DNA of 64,000 nt from Epiperipatus broadwayi (taxonomy: Eukaryota; Animalia; Onychophora), in NCBI GenBank assembly GCA_028023455.1, contig JAQFVV010000003.1, forward strand, positions 19,468,001-19,532,000, in the 5' to 3' direction. The notes below the pieces were generated by a model. It had not been told where the DNA came from and did not search any database. It saw only the letters and a list, made by a program, of their open reading frames with translations. Position 1 is the first letter of the stretch, and every line of letters begins with the position of its first letter. The position numbers were made by a program, and so were the translations under genes. Positions 26,611 to 38,872 of the stretch are shown piece by piece.

Positions 26611-26761
26611 CCTGCAACAGCACTTAATGTGGATTTATGCCTGACTGAATTTTATAATTGGTCTTAGTTATAATTTTAAATAAGTCAAGTTTCAGCCAAA
26701 AGATTATTTTTAGACGAAATGTTAAAACTCGTAAACAAAACTACAGCTAGTGTAATTTTAA

Positions 26762-28442
26762 CCCTTTGAGACCGAAAACCGCTTTTTTACGCATTAAAAA
26801 AAGTTTACAATTTCGACCGCAATAGCGTGCAAACCGTATACGTCACAGTTACGCTTTTTTTTTCTTTCTCTCCGCCATTTTTCTATCTTTTTGTACGTCT
26901 AAAAATTTTTTCTGTGCGATGAAAATTAGATTTTTTATAGCAATTTTTGTAAAGTACATTATTAAAATTTTGTAAATTTTTTTATCTTTCTAGATTTTAT
27001 CAACGGATAAAAAAAATATACGGAGAAAACAATTATTTTCGCCGCTGAACGTAATTATCATTCTAACGAACTTTTCTGTTGATGTGTTTGATTTTGAGGT
27101 TTCGTATTCCCCATTACCCGTAAGTATTCATCATCATCTGATATATAATAATTGCTTGTAATTCCTTTGGGTTATTTATTTTATTTTATTTACTGTTTTT
27201 ATACATTTCATTGTAGATAAGTTTTTATTCATTTTATAGCATACTTTGCTATTATGGTTTGCTATGTAATAATGCATAATTTAGCTCACCCTTACCCTCA
27301 TGATATTCCAATAATATAGTAATTATTTTTTACATGCATAACTTAGAATTTACTATGTTTTTATTCATTTCATTGTAGATAACTTTTTATTCATTTTATA
27401 GCATACTTTGCAGATAAGTTTTTATTCATTTTATAGCATACTTTGCTATTATGGTTTGCTATGTAATAATGCATAATTTAGCTCACCCTTACCCTCATGA
27501 TATTCCAATAATGTAGTAATTATTTTTTACATGCATAACTTAGAATTTACTACATTTTTATTCGTTTCATTATAGATAACTTTTTATTCATTTGAGAGCA
27601 TACTTTGCTATTATGGTTTCCTATGTAATAATGCATAATTTAGCTCACCCTTACCCTCATGATATTCCAATAATGTAGTAATTATTTTTTACATGCATAA
27701 CTTAGAATTTACTACGTTTTTATTCATTTCATTGCAGATAACTTTTTATTCATTTTATAGCATACTTTGCAGATAACTTTTTATTCATTTTATAGCATAC
27801 TTTGCTATCATGGTTTCCTATGTAATAATGCATAATTTAGCCCATGATTTTTCAATAATATAGTAATTATTTTTTATCCCCATAACTTACACTTTACTAA
27901 AGTTACTACTGTTATTTTTTTTTTGATCCACACTAAAACCTTGCATTTCTAATCCACACAAAACCTTGCATTTCTAATAGATATCCTGCATAGAGGGCCT
28001 AGAAAAACAACTGCTTGCAAGAATAGAACATACAGGGTGTCAAGCAGAAAAACGAAATTGAAATGGTCACCTTTTGCCACATTACACCAACAATCTGTAA
28101 CTCAGGTAGGTCATGTTATATATTATTTTTTTCTGCATTTTATGACGAATGTGATGAAGCTGTCTATGAAATTGTCATTTTAGGCTATACCTTTCAAAAT
28201 TGAGAGTTTGTGAACCAATGTAAAAATAAAGATTTTAAAAATGTGAAAAATATCATTTTTTTAAAATTATTTTTTGTGGTAATGACTACTTTATCAGCTT
28301 TATAACATTCTTTCATATTTGCACTTTATAAAAATGTATATATATATATTTATTTATTGTAATAAATTAGACATTTTATTTAAAATTGTAGGTCCTGTAA
28401 TTTTTTTTGGGAATTAAAAATGGCCATTCAGGTCTCTATGGG
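26762..28442. mobile_element. piggyBac-like non-autonomous element, ~1.68 kb
   Basis: Left end TTAA|CCCTTTGAGACCGAA and right end TTCAGGTCTCTATGGG|TTAC: CCC...GGG termini with a TTAA-type target, mutated on the right. No transposase recognised. Confidence 0.7.
27190..27880 (+). repeat. Internal tandem array (~165 bp unit with an optional ~35 bp sub-duplication), about 4 copies
   Basis: Near-identical units TTTTATAGCATACTTTGCTATTATGGTTT.CTATGTAATAATGCATAATTTAGCTCACCCTTACCCTCATGATATTCCAATAAT. Confidence 0.9.
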
Positions 28443-31400
28443 TTACAAACAATAGAACCGAAAATTATTTAAAATGAATATTGAAGCTTAAATAAATAAT
28501 TTTATAAATTTAAACCTATTATTTTGTTATATACATAAATTCTAACTACACACCGTTATGTTTACTTCAGTTTTAACAAACATAAATGAATATGTGCGTA
28601 TATAAATATTTGAGACTGTATTTTCATATAATTAACAAGACGATTAAACACGCACATACTCGGCAATATTACATGCACACTCAAAGTTTTAAACTAAAGA
28701 AACACATGCAATCTGAGTGAAACGAAGTACACTATTATAAAATATAATAGGTGAAACAGATCTATCTGTTTCACTATATGGGCTATGTTTTTGCAGTTTT
28801 GTAGTAATAGATTCCCCTGAAGTTGATCATTAAGTGGAGAGGATGATTTGGTTTATGTAATTTGATATTTGTTTACACAAAAAAAACATTAATGTAATAC
28901 TTGGCTTTGATCTTCAAACTAACTTATTACAATTTGATAAATAATGATCCAAATGAGAATTAGTTACACTTGGATTTTAAATATTTGATATTTGGGCAGG
29001 AGATGGGGCATTTAAAAACACATTAAGAGGGCATATTTAGAGAATATTTTCATAACAAAGAACAACTATTTTCTTTTGATTAAATTTCTCATTTGCATGA
29101 TTATTAAAATGATTAAAAAATTAACATTGTCACAAAGGCTTATATGTGGGGTGAAATGGACTTTCACTCTTCATTAGAAATTTACTAGATAATACAAATG
29201 ATTGTTTTGCATTGGCAGAGCAATCTAGTAAGTACAGAGATACTGAAAGTTCATTAAAAGTTTTTGGCTAATTAATCAAGATTGGAAATCAAATTACAAA
29301 ATATTTCATTATTCTGATATGATCTTAAAATAACAATTTTTTTTTACATTCAAAATTTTAATTTCAACAGCAACAATACAATAAGAACAGAGCACAACTG
29401 ATTATTAATGCAAATATACCAAAACCCACTTGAACATAATGTAAAAGTTAATTATATTATGTGTTAAATTGATAGTTGGAGCAGATATTTTAAAAATGCA
29501 TTTTGAGGAATATTTCAGGGTCGATGAATACCATGTTGCTGATCCATGGCCTTATTCTTTAGTCTCTTAAAAGATTAAAAAAAAATGATGAGCTCAGAAC
29601 TTGCAACAGTATAAAATCTTCCTACCAAAGAAGAAAAGACATTATATTATAATCATATTATTCATGGTCAGTTCATATCTTACATGATTAAATCAAATTA
29701 AACAAAAAAACATTACTTTCTGCTAATTAGGACTTATGAAGATTGGTGAATGTCAATTATTTTGAAAGAAAACTCCAAAGCCAGAATCCGATCTAAATTT
29801 TTTTTAAAAATCTATCCAATCTAAATTCAAGACCAGGCTGTAAAGATAGAAGATAGATATGTTAACCCTTATATCTTGAAGCCTATTTTAAAAAAAGATC
29901 TACAGGATTCAGTGTTTCTAAGCAGTCACCAATCCAATACTAACTAAAATCTAACAATTGCTTGACTTCAATGATCAATTAAGAAGCAGGGTATTAACTT
30001 TGAATAGCTTCATAAAAAAGAATTGACAACTCTTATTTCCTAATACTATTCAACTACATGAAAATTTCTTTCCCTTTCCTATACTATTACAAATTCATAG
30101 CTCCATATCTTATTTTGTTGATATTTGTGTTTTTTCTTCTACTTTTTTTTTTTAATACAGATTTAAATTTAATAAATGATAAACAAAATTTATAAAATAA
30201 ATAATTTCCTGTGTATCATGTATTAAGAAATGTAATAGGTTATTTTCATGTATTAAGAAATGTAATAGGTTATTTCATTTATTTAATACTCACGAATGCA
30301 TTAAATATAACGCGGTTGTCTAATCTTAATGTAACCATCATAATCTTTTAATTGTGGGCAATTTATTTACCTATACAATTTTACTGATTACGTTAATATA
30401 TTTTTCAACAAATATAGCTTTAAAACTAAACTATCATAAATTTAATCACATTTTATTCACGTGATGCAACACTTTAAAACATTAAGAGTAAATAACTAAG
30501 CGCACAAATATTGCTCAGGAGGGACGAAACAGCATATAAATAACCCACTACGACCTCTCCAGCAGTCTTCCAAGGGAAAACAAATTAAATGAAAAGACAG
30601 TACTCATCAGACGGCATAAAGAGAGATTTTCTTTCTTATTTCAGTCACCAGTTAAGAATGGTTCGATATCCATTAACTGACTCATAATTGAATGGCTAGC
30701 TAAGTTTTATACGAGCAAGTTGTTCAAAAGAAATATTTTAAGTTTGCCGCTAATCTGAAAAAAAATTTTAAGTTTAACTTAGTCCGGATTAAATTTCACA
30801 ATAGGCTGGTGCGTTATCCACTATGCCATGAAAACGTTATATATATTGCACGTGAATGTATTTAAAATAAAGATCAATATTTTTTATTTATTCCATACCT
30901 AAACAATTCAACCAAGCAAATCTAAATAAAATATGTGATGAATTATCCTAGGATGCTAACTGAATTGTAACTGACTTTTCATGCATGGCAGAGCAAAGAA
31001 AACAGTCCTGTGTGGTCATTAATTGATTTATCATTTCAAGGTCAACCAGGTCAACGTACCAGTAAATGAAAGGGTGGGGAAGATCAAACCTTTTAGCTTC
31101 CAGCTTACAATAGATCTTTTGAAATAAATCACAATTCCTCCTAAAGCAAATATTTACTAATGTTTTTTTTTTCTTTTATCATAAAGATACAAAGTTATAA
31201 AAGTTTTTACTACGATACCTTTATCAACTAATACAATACTTTGCTCCGTCGAAATGCCTGCCACTCGTCAAAGTGAGCGCGCAAAAAAACATTTATTTGA
31301 CATTTAATTCATAAAATCAGTATCCCTACTTTTTATGTTCAGTAGTGTAGTCGTCTACATTAAAAAAAAACTAAACTTTAAAAGCGGGCGGAAAACTAAC

Positions 31401-34400
31401 AAACACCTAATAGTGGTGATTTTTCAAATGGTTTTATCATTTGAACACAATGCCTTTAGATCAAACTGAATTACAAGGCAATTGCTCACCGCCTCTCCTT
31501 ACCAGATGGAAAAAAACTTTGGTCCGATAAAATATAATGCCGTACACCAGCAAAGCAGCCCATGGAAAAACCTCCATTAACTTTAAATCATTGCCAAAAG
31601 TGTCAACTTATTATCCTCCCAAGTGCCCAGAACTAACTACAATGAAGACAACAGATTGGTAAATTGATAAATTTTCACTCAAAGCTCTGTTCATAAACTA
31701 TGACTTTCAATTCATTCTTTTAAAAGCTAGCTATTTATTAAATCTGCCTTTCCCAAACACTTTTCCTAAAATCTGCAAAGAAAACTGCTAAATGTTAATG
31801 TTTAATTTTCGTCTGAATATAAAACTTGTGATAATGAATTCTCTGTTAAAATGTAAAACTCTAATAATCTATTTTAAACTAAATGTATAATTTGCTGCGG
31901 TCTTTTATGCCTATTTCTAATCTATCCAATTTATTCTATAATTTTTATCATTTTAATATTATATGTATTTAATATGCCAAATAACTCGAAACTGCGAGTA
32001 TTTATAAGTATAACTTTAGCTTATCAATCTGCAAAGATAATTTCAAATCTTCACTATAAGAAATATTAAATAATTGAATTATTATTTTCTCACTTGCTGT
32101 TTCGAAATCATGTTATTATTATATTACTGATTAATTTTTGGGTATTAATATTCTAATAATCAGTCGTTCTCTAGTTAAAATTGTAGTTTGCTTTACTCTA
32201 GTTATGAATTATAACTATTTATATATATATAACTCGTACATCATAGGAACTAGCCATATTCTCACAAAGCATATTTTAATGTTTTTCATAATTCCCCGCA
32301 AATATGCTCTATCCTCTTTAGATTTATATATGTTGAGACGCAGGTGATAATCTTAAACTAGGTTACTAATTAATTTAGTCCCTAAATAGTATATTTGAAA
32401 TACTAAATTTGAGAACTGGGTTGTATAGATATGCAAATAGACACTATCTATTTTTAAGGCATGATAATATAATTTTACGTATTTGCGTTATATATGTATA
32501 AGTTGCAGATGTGTCCTTACTAAGTATGCAATGTACAATTATCTGCTTGCTGCATGATTCTTGATGAGTTGCTGGCGGAGGTCACACTTATCTAGTTTGG
32601 GTAAAGCACACTCTTGTAAAACTAGGGCACAAGGACTTAGATTATTCATAATTAATGCTTATCTGACTCCCTGAACTATTAATGTTCGTATTGGTAGCAA
32701 GTTGAGCGGTTGTAGGCAACCGAACCTTTGAGGCTGAAGCCCGTGAATAATGACCCATTCGCACCTTCTAGCTTTATTAATATTTTAATATGTGCCATAG
32801 AGTATATAGATAAACCTATTATAAACCAGTTTTCTCTCCCTTTATATTAAATGCTTATCTAGCATCAGTGTATATCCTAATCTAGGTTAACACACTAATC
32901 TGCGTATCTCTGAGCCTAATTATGTGCCCGACTTAACTTTGTATCTGTAGACACCGTAGGAGTGCTATTAAGTTAGTTATATAACTTTGGCTATTAAGTT
33001 CCATATCATTTAGCAGACTACACAAGAGCTATAAATTTGGCATATTAATATAGGCATAAACTTCAATACCGCACTACATTTTATTGAACACTTATAATGA
33101 GATAATGTGTAATATTAATCTCATTAGTTATGCAACGCCTGCGTGCGTAATCTCTCACGTTCTCATTATATAATTGTGTATATTTTGATTTACTATTTGT
33201 TATTGTTTTATTAAATTAATAATATTTAAAATTATAACTCGTTTCCTTATTTTATTGTCCGTGAGTTCATTTTATCCAACTCTAGATTTATTTGCACATA
33301 CATCATTTTATCTATATGTGGGTCAATCTATTAAATTTCATAACCAATCATTGATATATTAATTAATCACTTAGTCATATGTGTGTATATCTGACCAAAT
33401 CAGTGTTAAATTAGTTAATTTATGAGTCTTTTGTTTTACCCTGGGTGACTGCCGGACCGTGGTTAAATCGAATGTCTGTGTAAGTTGAGAAATATCATCC
33501 ATAGAGTATTAGATCATTGAGCAGGGGTGAAAGGATTGAATGTTGGTCGAATTCTGGATCCCAGCATCCGGATTCGATCAGCTTTAGTGTATTTTGCCTG
33601 TGTTCTAGATTTTGTTATGTGGAGAGATAATTCTTACCGTTACACTAGATACAACCAGAATCTCATCAACTCTTTGCTACAAATGTCAGAATTAAAAGAC
33701 TTAATAAAATGATTAGTGAAATTATGGCCTGAAAGGAATCTATAAGTTCCTTTATAATATCTTGTTAATATTTAAGTTGTCCATAATACTGAAGTGTACC
33801 AAGGTGTGTTTATTACAACTGAATGGTAAGTTATTTCTAAAATAGTGATGTTTAAGCATAAAGTGACAAGCTGAGTTTTTATTAGCCCTCCAACATATCA
33901 CTTTATCCTGGCATTACAAAAGTTCAAGGCATCATGATTTGTGGTAATATAGATTTTGATGATATCTATAGTCAACAAAAAATTTATGCCAATCCCCCGC
34001 CCCTCACCGGTGATGAATGAAGGCTTCATCATATTAGAATTTTCTCTTATGGTTAATATGCTGACATTTATTTGAATATTGTTAAAATCTCATATTAATT
34101 TCGAGTTGATCATGTGAGTTTAAATGCAGTGACAGTTTTAAAAAAAAAGAATTGTATTAGAATGTGGCTTTCAATTCTAGTGGGGGGTGAGAGCCAATGG
34201 TTAATTTTATCTTATGGAACACTATTCAATGTATTTTACTGTTTAATATAATAAGTAAATTTAAAATGCAATAGTTTACATGTTTTTTTATTAAAGATAC
34301 TTTTTTATCTATCATGCTGTGATTACATTTTGGATAAAAATATTGTCACATTAAAGTTAACTAAACTACAATTAATTCAAAGAAGCTCGCAATAATAACA

Positions 34401-34869
34401 AAATAATATCTAAATGTTTTAACTTTCATTTGACAAATTCAAAGTGTTAAAGATAATTTTATCTCAAATGTAATATAATATATCAAAGTTGTTGAAAGAT
34501 TTCTAAATGCGGCTTAAATGGACGTTAAATCAAAATACCATTAGTAATTTCTCTTAGATTTACTTTTAAATAAACCCGAGTGGCAAAATCAAAAATGTTT
34601 TAAAATAATCGAACTGCAAAACTAAAGAGAAAATAATGGAATACAGTAAACGACAATTTTCTCTGTAATAAGTATCTATTATTTATTTCAATTATATTTA
34701 TTTGTAAATAATATTTGAAATGCAAATAAATTTAATTATGCAACCTGATTTTCAAAATTCATTTGTTTATATATCCGTATGTAACGAATCAATTGCCTAT
34801 AGACACTTTCAAAGATGTATAAGGCAAGTGAATAAATAGAAAAAAGATATCGAAAATAATAATACAGTA

Positions 34870-35865
34870 ATGTGATGTACTGTGACTTCTCTTTAAACGG
34901 AGTCAGGAATCTCTCAGCAATTATACTCAGAGAAACCTGTTAGCCACTTTATTTTCCATTCCCCAATCTAAGTTTTCCCATATTCTGCTCCATCCCATTT
35001 CCACAACATAATCTTTGTCAACTCTATAACCTTTATATCTAAATCCCCTTATCTTTTCACAAACCCAGCATAAAAATCAATAATCCACTTTCTGTGTAAT
35101 CACTTTTTTCATATTTATTCTTCCATAACTTCATTATTTGTACCCTTTCTGTTTTCAAGCATTTACATTCAATTAACAGATACCTAATATTTTCTATTCC
35201 TTCCTTACACAATTTACAGACTAAATCACCCATATTTTTCCATTTACATGTATATTCTCTTGTTGCTAAAGATCCCGTTCAAGCCTTAAACAATAAACTA
35301 CTTTCCTTACTATTATCATATATTAACTCACACCTAATATTCTGTTTACTTCTATATATATTTAAACTCTTTTTACTCTCCATACTATTTCTCCATCTCT
35401 CTAACTCCCTATTCTTTATTAATAAATCTATTTTTTTATCCCATTCCTTACCACTATAACACTCAACAATCCTGCTAACACAATCATCCCATCTTTTGTA
35501 CAAATACATTGATATAAATTCTTTATCCAAATCTTTTGCACCCAATTAAATACTATTTTGGCTATTCTTTGATTATCCATAAACTGCAATCTACAAAACA
35601 TTTTCATTTTACTTTTTGCATCTCTCATATAAAAACTTGACCATCTCATTTCTCCTTGAATTGCCTCCTTTGCTGTCCATACATCTGCATCCAATGCATG
35701 TCTTCCTACTTCCCTTTGTACTTTTTCTAAGTAATCTAATACCCCTTTACTAACACATAATGCAGCATAACCATATGTTAACCCTGCTACTGCAACTCCC
35801 TTTCATATAATTCTAGCTACATCATATTTATTATATGAAAACACTGTTAATTTCTTTATCAATGG
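34870..35865 (-). mobile_element. 5'-truncated non-LTR retrotransposon (post-RT region, Cys motif, 3' UTR with ACATC-type tail); clade uncertain
   Basis: Minus strand: KGVAVAGLTYGYAALC...EAIQGEMRWSSF.MRDAKSK...RLQFMDNQRIAKIVF, then IYDNSKESSLLFKA*TGSL and CKLCKEGIENIRYLLIEC (CCHC-like). The 3' end matches 57754-57848. Confidence 0.8.
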
Positions 35866-36344
35866 GTGTTAGAAGATTTATACATAAAATCTCTATTTAG
35901 TGCTTACTCGTCAAATATCCTGACTAGTTTCTATCTTATAGCTTTCAACATTGAGGAGCCCTACAGCAACCACATTTTATTTATTTAGTTAACTATAAAT
36001 CCATAGGATTATGGTAATAATGGTTATTAAAAACAAAATCATCAAAATGTATAGATACTGAACTGACTAATGATTGTACAAGTTAATTAGCTTGGATTGA
36101 AAACATTATTGTATTTTATTTTGGACTCATAGCTTTATAGTTAACTAAATTGATAAAGAGATGGCTGCTAGAGGGTTGAATTAGATCCAAAATTCTGAGT
36201 GCAGTGCTCTCAAGATTTAAGACTCATCACTGATAAAAGTCACAAACTAAAAACTAATCTGGGGATATTGAATGAATAGGCACTAGATAGGGATTTGATT
36301 ACCATGGCTAGCACTACTGTGTGGAATGGACAGTTTGTTACTGT

Positions 36345-36665
36345 TTTCCTGAAGGTTGTGATGATGGTAGTTAAATTGTATTTACATATTGAACTAATAT
36401 AAGTATTAAATGTCTTTAGAAAACTTTTAACTTTATTTAAATATTTCAAATAGTTCAATTCCCATGCTAGTACTGTCACTGGTCAGGCCAGCAACGCCCG
36501 AAGAAGAGAAGAGAATAATACGTCTTGAAATGTTGTGCATATACTAACCTGGGTGCTATTACTCACAGTAGAATGTATTTGGAATATTTAAATAAAGTCA
36601 ATTTTTTTCTAAATACATTCAATACTTATATTAGATGATGGAAATAGTCCAATATATAAATACAA
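36345..36665. mobile_element. Short inverted pair of Penelope terminal-repeat fragments (same family as 52975-55050)
   Basis: 36345-36452 (minus) and 36453-36665 (plus) both match 54875-55050. The plus arm has CCGAAGA-AGAGAAGAGAATAATACGTCTT-GAAA. Confidence 0.8.
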
Positions 36666-38712
36666 TAGTTGTTACTATTTTAACAGCTTGTGTAAGCATA
36701 GGAAATAGTGATTAGATTATGTTTTAGTGGGAAATAATAATACAAATAATGATTAAGTTAATGTGTATATATTTTATCAAGAATAAGGCAAATAGCATAA
36801 GCATTCTAACACACACAAAAAAACTGAAGATGTGATAATTAATCAGAAATGTCAAGCTGAGAACTTCGCTTAAAAATACATTTAGCTTTGAGACCACTCT
36901 ACCACCAGGACCCTTGTTTGTTAATTAATAATATGGCTAAATCAAAATTTAATTCACCTGCAATGATTAATTCCTGTTTAATTTATATTAAAGCTTTAAT
37001 GACTCCTTCCCCAGATGTATTAGGAGTGAATGAGGGAATATTTTTTCTCATATTAGGTGTTAGTAAATACTTCTATTTGTCCAGGAATTATCTATAGCTG
37101 TCTTCGTTTGAAGAGCATGGTGATGATTTCAAATAACATACATCATACAAAGAAAGAAATATAGTTTTTGCACCTGTTTGATCAAAAGCATGAGAGAATA
37201 CATAGCTGAGAGAATAAACTCATAGAATATGATTATGGACTGTAAGTTAACTTGATTACAGAAGATAAACTAAACTAACAATACATTATGGATGGGGATT
37301 GTAAAAAGCAACAGATGATTACAGATTACAGAAACATTGTTTTTTTTTCAAAGTTTATCTGGGCTAGAATAAAACTTTGGACCATGGGCATAATACATAA
37401 ATGCACCGTCCACTGTATCACAAGGCTCTTAGATTTCAAAAGACCTTTCTTTGTGAGCAGAACAATTTTTTATTAATTTTGTAAGTTATGATTAAAATTC
37501 ATGATTTCTTTGTTTTTTATAATTAAAAATTATTTTGCTTCACATATTTGTCTCATTAGTAACTAAAAAGCTTATAGTAATAGTGTCATTGCACTTATTA
37601 AGAGTTGCCTAAATAGTGACTGCAGTTGAAATCTGGGCTGGGTAAAAACAGTGAAATTTGTTCTTTCAAATCATAGCTAATCATTTAGTTAAGAATGGAA
37701 ATTGTTGAAATCCTCAAACCACACAACAATTGGTAAACCTGATGATTAACGTTTTCCAGTAAAGAACAATCTATATAAAATGATATCGTGGCAACTTTTG
37801 GTATTCTCATTCTAACAGCATACCTAGAAAGAAGTTCAATATTTGTATTCCCCCCCCCTTTCCCTCCAAATAAAAATTAAAGATTTCCTCTTCACTGAAT
37901 GCATAAAGACTTACTACTTTGCAAAAAAATAAAATAAAGACTCCAGAATGGCATCTTATACAGTCAACCTCAAATATTGCCTACATCACTTAGTGCAGCT
38001 GGCTTCTCATTGTTTCTTTTCATTCTTAAGTTATAACAGTGCAAGCAATAATAAAATACTACTGATGATGATCAAAGGTATCCTAGCTTTGTATTAATAT
38101 CAATGACTGGTGAATCTGCCTAAAAACTCAATACAGACATGTAAAGAGTGATTGGGAATAATTTTGATCTCACCTTGCAAATTAAGTTTTTATATGTAGA
38201 GGCTATTCCTGCATTACAGCTGCACTTATAAATTTTCAATTTCTCAATTTATTTTCAATATATCTCTAAAATCTTCTTCACTCTCATCTAAAAGTATGTT
38301 GACATTCAAATTACATTGCTAGATGAATAAAAATGATGTTAATAAATAACAGGCTAACTTCATACATAATAATTAATGGTAATTCTAATTAAGGGTTGGC
38401 CAAGTTTCAAAACCGGAGAAAATCAAGCTATTAGCTTTGAATATTAGAATAGGAGAAATGAAAATTATTCATGAAGTGCAATGATTACCCTTTTAACATT
38501 TTATGAATTGATTCATTTTGAAAACATTTTTGTTGCACATGTAATTCCAACATACTACATAATAAGTATTGTCAGATCTCATTTGTGATATATATTATAT
38601 TTAATGTTTTCATGGTTATATGATATATATAGAGCTCGCAAAATAAGCTCTTAACAAGCTTTGACAATATCCTCAACCCCAGACAGGTTTCTGCTTCTGG
38701 CATCATATGATG

Positions 38713-38872
38713 TAAATAAAGTAGTTTTTGGGTCAAACTGGGTATTATTTTTGTTTGCCAACATTTCAACGAAATAGCATCCGCAATGCTTGACAATGGC
38801 GGATGCTATTTTGTCAAAATGTTGAGAAGTAAGCAAAAATAACATAGTTTGACCCAAAAACTACTTTATTTA
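38713..38872. repeat. ~160 bp long imperfect hairpin (palindromic MITE-like)
   Basis: TAAATAAAGTAGTTTTTGGGTCAAACT pairs with AGTTTGACCCAAAAACTACTTTATTTA (27 bp perfect). The inner AAATAGCATCCGC pairs with GCGGATGCTATTT around a 14-nt loop. Confidence 0.85.

Noticed and set aside
21906-27880. CRISPR-like interpretation of the repeat arrays
   Set aside because: These are tandem units without unique spacers, in a eukaryotic context with no cas genes.
30497-30620. CTGATGAG (minus) and GACGAAAC (plus) as a hammerhead
   Set aside because: The two half-motifs are on opposite strands, and no GAAA follows a stem on the CTGATGA strand.
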